Positions 1 to 11,679 of a stretch of 64,000 nt of DNA are shown here, one piece after another (within the stretch, counting starts at the first letter, position 1; every line of letters starts with the position of its first letter). The stretch comes from Asterionella formosa (Eukaryota). The notes beneath the pieces are model-generated. The model worked only from the letters and a program-made list of their open reading frames with translations, did no database searches and was not told where the DNA came from. The position numbers and the translations under genes were made by a program. The stretch lies in assembly GCA_002256025.1 (NCBI GenBank), contig NKIB01013053.1:1-64000 (forward strand), given 5' to 3'.

Positions 1-1750
1 TACCATCCTTGGCCATGGCCACCATGTGTCGGCCGCTACCCTTCATCATGAATGCCCCCCCACACTGGCCCGGGCCCTCCTTCCCACCTCTCCCGACCGC
101 CTCGTCTGGTTGGACTCCTACCGTGAAGAATACGACTCCCTCTGTGACCAGCAAACGTTCTCCGTCATCACTCAGGCTGATCTATCCCTCCTGTCCTGCA
201 AGGTTCTCCCCTGTATGACCGTCCTCACTGTTAAACGCGATGAACTTGGCCACCCCGTCCGCGCGAAATCACGCATCGTGGTCCTTGGCAACCTCGAGGA
301 GACCTACTGGTCCAAATCCGACACCTACGCCCCTGTCCTCAGTCAGGTTTCTCTTCGGCTCCTCCTCTCCCTGGCCATTGAGCGTCGTTGTGTCCTCCAC
401 CAGGGCGACTGCAAAAACGCGTTTTGTCACCCTACTCTCCCCCCTCATGAGGTTGTGGTTGTCCGACCCCCCAAAGGTTGCCCCTTCTCCCCTCCAGACA
501 CCTTCTGGCGCCTGAACAAGACCTTGTACGGCCTCCGTCGGAGTCCCCGTCATTGGTACACTTGCTTCCGGGATGTCCTTCTGGGCATGGGTCTCACCCC
601 GTGTCCCCATGAGCCCTGCCTTTTTACTGGCATCCTCATTGTTGGTTCCCCCCCTCTCTACTTGGGTATCTACGTCGATGATTTCGCTTATTTCTCTGTC
701 AGTTCAGATGTGGAACAATGGTTTGAAGCTGCCCTTGCTGCCCAACTTCGCGTCGATTTTCTTGGCCCTCTTTCCTGGTTCCTTGGAATTTCATTCGTCT
801 GGTATCCCACTCCCCACAATCACCTCACCGTCCATCTTTCGCAGGAGGCATACCTCCGTAACCTCCTCGAGCGTTTCGATATGCTTGATTGCCGCACCGC
901 CCCTACTCCCTACCGTTCCGGCCTCGTCTATGACCGCATTGTTCCTGATGGGGATACCCTTTCCCCCGCTGCTCAGACTGCCATTGTCACACAGTACCAG
1001 TCCCTCATTGGGGCCCTCAACTGGATGGCTGTGAGTACCCGGCCTGATCTATCCGTCTCTGTCACCCTTCTAGCCCAGTACAATACTACTGCCACCCCAG
1101 CTCACCTCCTTGGCGCTAAATATGTTTTACGCTACCTTGCCGGTACGCTCACTCATGGCTTGGCCTTTACCTCCCAGTCTGCCTCTGCTTACTTATCTAC
1201 CACCTTTGGCTGGCCCACCGCGGACCCCCTCCTTAACACCTACACCGATGCCAACTGGGGCCCCCAAGATGCCTCCAAACCCAACCCCTCTGATTCCATC
1301 TCCATCCTGGAATGCTGTTCCCTCCTTGGCTCAATCAGTACCCGCACTGGTGGCCCCCTAGCCTGGCATGTTCTCCGCGAGCCCCGTGTCAGCCGTAGTA
1401 CTTGTGAATCCGAAATTAAATCCGCTGATGAGGGCACCAAGATGACTCAATTTCTCCGACATCTTCTGACCGACCTTCACATGCCTGATGTTAATCATCC
1501 TACCCCCTTATGGAATGACAATAAAGGTGCCGTCGAGTGGTCCCATAACTGCGCTAACAAGAAAATGCGCCACATCAATATCCGCAATATGGCTGTCCGG
1601 GATGCTCAACGCTCCTCTGAAATTCTCGTTACCCATCTCCCGGGCACCTCTAACGTCGCCGACCTGTTCACCAAAGAACACAAAGACGATGCTCACTTCC
1701 TCCGCCTCCGCAACATTGTTGTCCCGCCCCGCGGGAACTTCCACACTTAA
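1..1750 (+). mobile_element. Ty1/copia retrotransposon pol 3' part (reverse transcriptase + RNase H), uninterrupted, truncated by the window edge
   Basis: Frame is open from position 2 to the stop at 1750. Copia RT motifs: KSRIVVLGN, GDCKNAF, LNKTLYGLRRSPRHW, IYVDDF. RNaseH motifs: YTDANWG, STCESEI, WNDNKGA, NVADLFTK. Confidence 0.95.
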
Positions 1751-1932
1751 GGGGGGTGTTAGTACTGCATACCAGTTACTTCAGTATACTCTACTAATAT
1801 CCACGTAAGTGCGCAGATCCCGGTATATCCGATACACAACAGAAATAGATAATCTAATTAAACCCTCAGTTACTTGTAATTACGTTGTCCTCAACCCGAT
1901 TGCACGAACTCGTCACCCATCTCTCCTCCACA
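1749..1932 (+). repeat. Polypurine tract (AAGGGGGG, 1749-1756) followed by probable 3' LTR (TGTTAG... starting 1757, ending ...CCACA ~1932)
   Basis: The purine run overlaps the pol stop codon and is directly followed by TG. The right boundary is inferred from a CA and a change in composition; the 5' LTR is outside the window. Confidence 0.65.
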
Positions 1933-2399
1933 AGGATATTCATGAAACTGCTTTACGGTTGATTCGTACCACCCGGTAGTGGAGGGAGAATTCTTTGTTT
2001 GAATGTCATACACCAGTACCGGTACAAAGATAGTGTTGAAGATTGTTGTTCGGATAAAATATAAGAATCGCCATTATGGAGATGACTAATTCTCTTATCA
2101 AACAGGCGATGGGGAGAATACTGAACCTGATGTTGCAATCAGCGCTATTGAAGGGTACCACATAAAAAAAGTGATCACAAAGCAATATCCAACACAACTT
2201 GTTGGATGAGAAAAACTCGACATATTCCAGACAAGGATTACCCACTCAAGGATGACCAAAATGCACGCTGGTCCTACAGGCGGTAGTACCAGGCACCTGC
2301 ATGTCATAAGACAGACCTAGTAGCAGGACTACACCTAGCTAACGGTTTTCTCCATTGAGCATATGCCCAAGACACCCTGAGGTATACCCAGAATTTACC

Positions 2400-5300
2400 A
2401 GTCCCCCCACAGTGGTAACCATCCCAGATGCCACCGTGAAACGCTCCTCCATTTCAACAATAACGACTGGTTCTGGCAGTGATCTTCATCACTCAGTCCA
2501 TTTTGGGCTGTACCATGTATTCCGATTCGCAACCCACTGTCTTCCTATTCCGTTTTGGAAAAGAACAGTAGTTATTGAACCTTGTTCTGTATCAAACATC
2601 ACTTAATATCGCTCTCAAGCAATGTTCCAATAGATAACAGAAACAACTTAATATAAAACACTCCTGGCAAAATGATAAAACGGCACTCCAGTGAGTATTT
2701 TCGTTAGACCATCAGAGCAGTTAGCCTTACCAGGTTCATGTGCAACACGCGCTGACCCGCATGGCTGCACAAGCCTCACGACACTTGTGGTGATAAGCAA
2801 TCGCATTATGCCTTTTATTTAATGTTGACTCAGGCCTAGTCACATTCTTTACCACACTTGCGTTGTCTCCAAACACATTGCTTTGCGGCACCATCAATGG
2901 CTGGGCACTCCCATCATATGTAACTTGTATCTGAGGGCGTCATTCATTTCAATAGCAATTTTCATCGCCACGAACTCACTCCCAAAAGTTGACGTTTCGA
3001 CAGTATTTTGCCTTTTGGAATGATACCACCTCACAGCAGCACCATTTAAGAATATCAATACCCCTGTTGTCGATCTACAGGTAGCAAGGCAAGTCGCATG
3101 CACAGCATCACAAAAGATGTTGATTTGTACCTCATTACCAAGAGCCTCTGGTGCACCTGGTGGAATCAACTCAACAGCATCAGGGTAGAATTCTTTCCAA
3201 TCAGCAATGTCATACCAATTGACTGTAGTCCAATCCCTATATGCTGGATCAAAGACAAGCCGAGACCGCAGATGCCCTTTCACATAACCAAATATACGGA
3301 GCACTGCCTCCATGTGTCCCTCACACGGAGCATTCCTAAATCTCGACATGAGCGTCACCGAATGCATCAAATCAATTCGCGCTAGCTAAATCAGTCGCCC
3401 ATTGTAGGATTACAATATGACTAGCGTACAAGGATACATCATCCTCACTCAATAGGAGGCTGACATCAATCTCAGGATGGTATCCAGCTGGTAGGGGTGA
3501 GGACGCCTTTCGGCATAATTTTTCATCCCAAGCTTCCTCAATAGTAGTCGGAATAGCCTTGGTGAGATAATCCTCTGCTGACATGGACTATGCCAATGAC
3601 CCATCACCAAATTGATTCTGGCCAACCATTGCGCCTAGATAGCGACAAGGTGCAGTCCCTGGATCTTCAACAACCTTAAGTGTAAAGTAACAAGCTAATT
3701 CCTTGACTAACTCACCAGCTGCCGCTGAAATGAGCATAACATCATCGACGTAGACCAATGCATATTCATAGTATGCTGAGCCATCTAGTTTTGTTGCTTT
3801 CCTCAACCACAGATCTGGATCAGCCTCACAAGCATAGAAATGCAAGTGATCACGTAACACAGAAGCCAGATGTGCCCGGAAGGCGTCACCAGCAGACTTG
3901 AGACTGTAAAGAGCACGAACGATCTTCAGCACACGACCTTTCAGCGGGCCAAATTCGTCCCCTGTCACAAAATAATAACGCTCTGTCACAGGCGCTGTCA
4001 AATAAGCATTCCCAATATCTGCCAGCCATAGATTTAACAAGGCAATGCGAATTGTCTCCCTAGAAATGACACTTGAATATGTGATTGCCTTGGGTTGTCA
4101 GTCCTAGCTATGACCTCCTGCCACATACCTAGCCTTGCGCATGAAGTCCATCTTGACATACCAGACTATATGTCCCGGAATCTTCTTGTATCCAGGAACA
4201 TGGGTTGCCTTTTCTGACTGAACTTCAAAAGCTATCATCACTGCAGACATCTCCTTGCGGAGAGCATCCATCCAAAGTGTATTACCATTTTCATGGTCCA
4301 ACCTTGCTGCATCGGGAATGCTACTTGGCATGCATTTGAACCCCAAATTTAAAACCAGCTCGGTGGTGTCTACTCTGTGTTGCCTTGATGATTCGTTTCT
4401 TGCGTTTTAAGACCATTGGAACCCACCAATCAAAAGCAGGCTCGGTTTCGATTTGGTTCGCTTTGGCATATTCAGCAACTTCAATCGGATTTGTTTCCTT
4501 CAGATGATGTAGATCCGTCCCTCCATTCGACTTGTTCTAGATCCCAACCAGTTGTTGTCTTCTTCTTATAATGTTTCCCGTTTCGCTGGAAGTATTGATC
4601 ACTCTTCTCCACAGCCTTCCTTGGATCACGACGATGGTCCACAATTCCTTTGAAGAGTTGGTACTGTCTGCCTAGACTACCTTCCTCGTCTACCTGACTG
4701 AGAAGATGCTCTGCCAATATATTGTATGCGATTTTCTGTCGCTCACCATCTAAGAATTCGACCTCATAAACCCTGGAATCTAACCTTGGAAACCTGTGCT
4801 TTCGCCCAACCAGGTTCCCGTTCGCATCCCGCTTTCGTTTAATGTCCACCGCTATCATCATATCGCCGTCCTTATGTGGAATTAGCTACGACCTGAGCCT
4901 TACTAATCAGTGGATCGAAACTTGGACCATTAGGATCTTCTTCCAGATCTTCATCTGTAGGGAGAATGCCATCAGGGGTATTCTCGAAGATCTCTTGGCC
5001 TTCTTCAGGCTCATCTACCTCAGACTGGAGGATAGCATCATTATCATGAACCCCAACATGCTCCTTTATTCTAGTCTCAAATTCTTTCATTTCATCTCTC
5101 AGCGTTGGATACTTTAAATAATCATCATCGACAATCGGCATCACAGTTGACCAAGCGATGTACCGCCCATTCGCCTTAAGTACATAGTAACGTAAAGCTT
5201 GCCCAACGCTCTTGGAGGGGCCAAGCCATCTCCCAAGTTTCCGTCGGCCCAGGCCACTCTTGTCCATATCATTGGGGTCATAGTAAATCACAAACTGATA

Positions 5301-8120
5301 GAAATCGAAATCTGTATACTCCGAAATGTCGTGAGTCTCACCTGTCATCACTTCGTATGGAGATCGACCCTCAAGTGCAGGTCTAGACATGAGCTCACGG
5401 ATGTTGGAGGTATATTCCGCTGCAAAACACCATAGCATGTCTGGACATCTGTACCTATTCATGATACGACGCCAATGCGTCTTGAATTGTCCAATCTCGC
5501 TCTCAGCTCTGTTCATCCAGGGACTGTGAGGCTCTGTTGTTGTGCGAGGAACCAAGTGGGTCTTCCGGACTCTCTCGAACTCTGTGAAGTCCCCCGTTTC
5601 CGCAGCTGTATAGTCTGAGTGGATACCTAGTTCTGGAATTCCATATTGCCGGATGGCTTCATTGGTTCTGTCCCCACAATCTGCCTCAGAACGCATTGGA
5701 TACACCTTGGCCCAACACTGATCATTACAGAAAATTTGTGCACATGTGTGTCCCCTCACCGACTTCACTTTGTCCTTGGGAAACATGGTATCAGTATACC
5801 ACCTAGTACGAAGGTGAGGGTATCGTAACTGTCCTTGACGCGTACAAAACCAGCGGGTGTGCTCTTCCATTTCTGGGTAAAAAGTACTGCTCTTGTTGCT
5901 TGTAGATGCCTGCAGGGTACTCGCTGCAGTTGCCAAACTTGTCCCCCATTGTCGGGCCAGTGTGGCTGCGTCCTCAGTTGAGCGGCGATCACAGTGCACA
6001 ATGTCGCCATGTGTGCTAAAGAACTCCCCAGTTGTATCTCCACGAGCAGCATTATCATAAACCTTCTCGAGGTTGGCAAAGGACTGCGAATAAGGGTCCC
6101 ATGCTGCCTCGGAAGTAAATGTGATGTGCCAACAGTTGACTAGCTAGTTCATTGTCGGTAGGGTGGTGAGTAGTGAGATAGCTGATGCATCCATGCATCT
6201 TGAATGGGAAGAAAAGGTCTTGTTCTGGAACGTAAATTCCGTGCAAAGAATTTCCTTGGGAACATTGCTTGGGGCAGGTGTCGACTAGCACAATACCATA
6301 TGCTCGACACTGATTAGTAGGGTTGAGGAGTGAATCGTCTAAATGCTTGCCAAAGGCAAGTAAAGGCCTTCGTTCCAGACACCAATTATGGTTTCCTGTA
6401 CCCCTGTTAGGTCTATTGCTGTTGCACATGCTGTGCCAATTGGAACATCCGAAAAGGATCAGAGCTCCCCAGAGAAGCCCTGAATATCTGCCACTCGATC
6501 ACTTTGCTCTAGTAGGCGGAATGTTTTCCCGAAGCAGCATGTGTCGGCTCTGGAATCCACTTCCAGACGAGCTGTGACCTTAAAGTCATTAGGATGCTGT
6601 ATGAATAGTGCCTTTCCAACTTTGTAGCCCACTTTACAGTGATTCACCACTCCAGCGAGCTCCCTACGGGTGCTGCTTGTTGAGCTGACATTTTGCTTCT
6701 TGGTTGGGTTCTCAGAATGCCTATTCTGAGAGTCGCGGCCAAATGATGCGGAAGCAGCATCACTTGGCATGTGGCTGGGACCTTCAGTTGCATCATCTTC
6801 AGAATCGGCTTGCTCATTGTCATGTCCTTCAATCGATACCAATTTAACAACACGACCTCCCTCTTTATTTCGACCCCTGAGCAGATAGCTCACATATTTT
6901 GCTCCCAAGTTTCCCTCCAGCTTTCTTCACTGCCTCAATTACATTATCTGGAATATAATTGTTCTCGCCCTGTTGTTTCTTATCGCCTATCCCTTTTCCT
7001 TTCTCGGAATCCTTTCTCTTTAATGCTTTGATTTTTGATTTTAGTTTCTTGATTTGCCGATTTAGGGTGCTATTTTGACCATCATCACCTGTCTGAGTTA
7101 ATGTGCCAGTCCAAGTCTTTTCTTTGCCTTTTTGTCAGTAGCAACAATCTCAGCTGCTATGCCTTTGGTCGTTTCATGGAGAATCATGCTGACAAGGTCA
7201 CGAACTGCTTGGATCATATCATGCTTGTCCACTCCAGCCTTCATGCTTTCAAGTTCTTGGTGATAACTCAACAAGGTATTGCTGAACTTATCCCAGGGGA
7301 AGTTTTTCGTTGCCCTATCATACTGTAACGTTTTGAGTTTGTTCCTCACTTCTTGAACCCTGGTTTCATTTTTGGAAGTACTCTGATATTGAGAATGCAT
7401 GCTCTAATATGCAGACCGCCCATCCCCGGGGAACTTCCTTCAGTGTACTGATGCACCGCCATCAGCAAGGGCCATTTCTAACATCTGACTGACCTTGAAG
7501 GTATCGCGGTCAAATCTTTTGCCCGAGTGTGGTACCCTTGATCTGACGTCTAATAGACAACTCTTCTTTCCTTGCTCTAACAATAACATAGAGTAGGGGA
7601 TATCCTCCTTCATTTCTAGAGTTAGAGAAATAAGCTCTCCACTTTATATTGAAGGTCTTATAAGAAATCTGATTGCCATTAAAAGTAGGCAGGGTTTGCC
7701 CATCCTTGGCAACCCCCAGCACAGATCTCCCTTTAGCTGTGCCCTCTCTTTCTTCCTGATCAAGTAAAGATGCGAGAGCGTCATCATCAAACTTGGTGAG
7801 GTTTGCTCATGAGGCCAAGGTTCCTACCTGCCTCTTGTTGCTGTCGAAGCCATCGATGGAAAACCCTAATACGTTGAATAACCAGGACCCGAAGTCCTGT
7901 CAACCCTTTATAATGAAAGAGTTTGTCCAAGGCATCTTTATCGAAAAGGCGTGCAAATGATTTCGCTGAGACCACCCCATTCTCTATCACGATATCTGCT
8001 TGGGTTGGGGTGAGTCCAAAGGTGATCAATTTCTCTCGAAATTGCGGCTCTGCCAACACACCATTAAACTCAATGAACACTTGCGCCATGGCAAGTTGAT
8101 CACCAACTGAAACGACCAAT
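2400..8120 (-). mobile_element. Decayed Ty1/copia (CoDi-like) retrotransposon: gag-PR-IN-RT-RNaseH fragmented by many frameshifts and stops
   Basis: Minus-strand fragments in copia order: gag-like (8119-7100), protease LEVDSRADTCC (~6570-6530), integrase WYTDTMF...TEPHSPWMNRAE (5999-4872), VEWRDGSTS segment, RT (KARYVAGGH, ADIGNAYL, LVYVDDV), RNaseH (IFCDAVHA, VETSTFGSEF, ending ~2700). Possible PPT (CCCCCC on +) at ~2403. Confidence 0.92.
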
Positions 8121-8456
8121 GGATCGTCATCGTCATTGTCGTTTTCGTTGCCTCCACTATCGCCTGAGCTATCTCTGGGGTTGTCTGCCGGTCCAGAGGA
8201 ACTGTCACTCTGACTCCAATCGCTTGCTTGCAGGTCTGGTGCGGGGATTCGGACCTAAAAATGGAGATTATGACGAGTACATGCAATAACAAGGTTGGGT
8301 GCTGTGCATGAATTGAATACATGCCACCAGCACACACGATGAGACTTTGGTCCAATGCATTTGGGGTCCAAGGAGGTTCCTTGCTTGCTTGCTTTTTTGT
8401 TGGTTGCTCACAACTACATATTATATCATATATACTATGCTAATCTATAAAATAGA

Positions 8457-8883
8457 CTGCTCCCAAGGGATTAAGATTCGGACTGGAAAGTCCGAATCCA
8501 ACATTGGTAAGTACTATATGATTAAAACAACACTGAGAGTCGGAAAGTAAATGAAGCAAGCAACTATATTGTATTTTCTGTGGCATTTCTTTAGTCTACT
8601 AATCTCTCTCTTGTTGATGGATACATGCACATGCACCAAATACTTCGCAGCTATCACCATCAACGACAAGGCCGCCGTTATTTTCGGAGGATCTGATGCT
8701 CCAGTTGCCTTGGGATGTTTTTATTCGATTGGAGTCATTTCCAGGGAAAGCAATGAAGCCATCACATCATATGTTACGAATTTGCAACAAGAGTTTGGAA
8801 TCCAGGAAAATAGGATTTATATCAATTTCTTTGACATCCCCAGAGCCAATGTAACTTGCTCGAGAAATAGATTTGCGGGTTAG
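8457..8883 (+). pseudogene. MIF/tautomerase-family gene, 3' exons only (8457-8506, 8651-8883); N-terminal exon not found intact
   Basis: Spliced translation CSQGIKIRTGKSESNIA-ITINDKAAVIFGGSDAPVALGCFYSIG...ENRIYINFFDIPRANV resembles MIF (TGKPE, FGGSxxP, SIG, RIYINFFD). GTAAGT...GCAG intron at 8507-8650. Confidence 0.7.
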
Positions 8884-8986
8884 GAAATGCAGTAGGTCTA
8901 GTAATGTCGGTAGACTAGAGTATACTTAATACTACGTAATATGTAAGATGATTGCAACTGTGCAAAGAAGAAAAGAGCAAACAATC

Positions 8987-11243
8987 TTAGGAGCTTTGGA
9001 ATTCTCCCTTGACCATTCGATTTCCTCGAGGCACCAAATTCTCCAGTCGCTCAATGATCCGGCGCTGGAGCCCCATTTTACTATCCACAGACCCAAGCAT
9101 GGAAGGATCTACCGTTTGAGTAATATCACCCGCAAACGCATACATGAGCATGTTCCGGGCGGTCGCTTGACTCAAACCACGAGATCTCAAGTAAAAGAGT
9201 TCTTCGTCGGACAAGTCGGAAACGGTCGCTCCATGCGTGCAACTTACATCATCCGCAACAATTTCCAACGATGGGACAGCCCATGCTCGGCAACGGTCAC
9301 TCAACAGGACTGTTCGAGAAATCTGTTGACTCTCTGTCTGCTGCGCACTTTGTTCCACACGGATGCGGCCTCGGAAGGAACCCGTCGCTCGACCTCCAAT
9401 CATATTCTTTTGCAGCTGTCGACTGATTGTTCTCTGGCCCATGTGATGTATGTTTGTCTTCATGTCTGTTCTCTGTGCTCCACCAGTCAAGGCAAAGCCA
9501 TTCACTCCAGCATACGCACCAGGGCGTAACAGCGAAACCGATAAGGCGACACGGACTCGGCCTGATCCACCAATGGAAATCATGGTGCTAGTAAATGATC
9601 CTTCGTTTCCCATCACTTGCGCATCAATCGCTTCCAAATGTGTATCTTTCAAGGCAGGGCGAGCGGCTTCCAGAGTGCGAGGAGCAATGTCGCCATCGGC
9701 CAAATCTTCGTCGCTAACTTCTGTACCTCCAATCACTATTCCACCAGTCTCTTCCAAGTATGCGTGAGTGACATTGGCATTACCATGGATAAAGAATTGA
9801 GTATATCCATTGTACAACTTTGGAATGGCAGTCACACTCTCATTGTCTAGATCCACAATGGATTGAACAACAGACAATCGCGAGTCTTCTTCCGCCACAA
9901 TCAAAGCCCGTGGATGACAAGTGACACCAACGCCTGGCGCCACGGTTTCGTCAGCTCCACAGTCCTTCGTAATGGCATTAACCAACAACAGTGGCAATGG
10001 AAATTCTACTCCACTATCTGTACCTTTTGGATATTGAACGTACGCCACAGCACCAGTTTTGATTGTATTCAATGCTGCAAAGCATGCAGTTCCCTGTTGT
10101 CCATTAATTGCGAATTGACTCGTAGCTTCACCGACACAGTGATTCGGCTTTGACAAGGCCTTGAACGATGTCAACTCATCTGATTTTCCACTCGGTACCC
10201 CAACTGCTAGTTCATCAGTAAAGCCATCCGTCAATCGAGACAGCTTTTTGATAATTTCAGGATTGTTCAAGTCGTGTGCTTCCATATTCTTGCAAAAGGA
10301 CGTGGTCTTGGAAAGTTGAGGAGCAAAACGGCCATTGACATATACCAATCTAGCCACACACGCATCATCGTCTAACCAGCCACCTTTAGCCATTAACGTT
10401 TCCTTGTACTGTTGTACATGTTCATCTGTAAGTTCTAGATTGGTTCCTAAGAAATATGTAAAATAGGTACCGTTGTTAGCGTCAACCAAAGGTTTGGTAT
10501 TGTTCATACACAACAACAATAGCAATACATACACATGTATAAAGCACTTTTGCTAGTACAAAAATGAAGCAAACAAACGTACCATATCCTTGAATGGTTC
10601 CTGAATAGTTTTGACCAATCATCCCCACCATGTCAAAATGTCTCCAAGCTTCTGCATTTCTTCGGGGTGTAGGAATACCAAATTGTTCTAATCCAAATGC
10701 TGGTACCAATGGAGTCCAAGGTAATTTGGTATTCACATAGGGTGTATAATTTTCATCACCAATGGCAAGTCGGACCTATGTATATATATATTTATGTATG
10801 AAAGGGGAATCGATTAGTAATTGTCGAATTGAAACAAAGTAAAGTAAAAACACCCAACCCCCCAAATAACGTACCTCATTCACAAGTTCCACAGGTGCTA
10901 GTAAACGTTCTTTCATAGCAATAGCTACATGTCCCAACATTCCAATGTCATTATTTTTTTCTCCCAACAATTGTTGAAACCATTCATCCGCTTGTTCATC
11001 CAATTTGGTCAATCTAGAACGACGATATTCTTCATGATTTGGTACTTGATAATCAATCCCTTCCACCAAGGTGGCATCATTCTCTTCTTTTTTATTCGTT
11101 CCAGGACCCAAACCAATACTAACATGCAAATGTGTGGATGCAGAAGTGGACGAGCAGTGTGGAAGGACAAATGCATCCGAGTATGTAATAAAAATAGTAG
11201 TAGTCATTACCATGATGGTAATCACAATGAGGGGAAATGTCAT
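8987..11243 (-). CDS. sufD: Plastid-targeted SufD-like Fe-S cluster assembly protein (exons 11243-10875, 10775-10583, 10446-8987)
   Basis: Motifs PTPRRNAEAWRHFD, RLVYVNGRF, FAALN, SFRGRIRV, VPSLEIVADDVSCTHGATVSDLSDEELFYLRSRGL. Two GT-AG introns keep the frame. Signal peptide followed by SDA-FVLP (ASAFAP-like). Confidence 0.9.
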
Positions 11244-11644
11244 GATGAATTTTGGTTTCTTGTGGGAGAGTTTAGTTTGTTTGTGATTATGGTAGCTTGT
11301 TTGACCGTAAAACTTGAAGCAAAAAGCAAGTTTGAGTACAAGGACACCAGCAATAGTAAGAAATTGTTCCTAAACTGGAGGACAACGAAAGGAATGAATA
11401 CGAGTCGTTTGATGGGCAATCAATACTATATTCTGCAGTCACAACAACAGTCCATCATTTCGACGCCAGCTTCATTAACATAATAAGGAAACTCAACGTT
11501 TGATCCGTCGCGCCTCTCGTTGCAAACAAACACATGCTCGTAATGGAATGGACTTACTCGGTGTTCAAGGAGAACTTGACGGAACCACCAATCAACGTAA
11601 AGCCGTAATTAACAATATGTACTGTTGTTGTTATTGCTGTGCCG

Positions 11645-11648
11645 TTGC

Positions 11649-11679
<31 letters not shown>
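11645..11679. repeat. (GTT)n microsatellite
   Basis: Direct run of GTT units. Confidence 0.9.

Noticed and set aside
2302..2400. Paired LTRs for the decayed copia
   Set aside because: A TG...CA segment precedes the putative PPT, but no matching copy is visible near 8150-8450, so the LTRs cannot be supported.
8948..10153. Antisense and alternative-frame ORFs overlapping genes (here and throughout the ORF track)
   Set aside because: They are shadows of real coding regions and have no motifs of their own.
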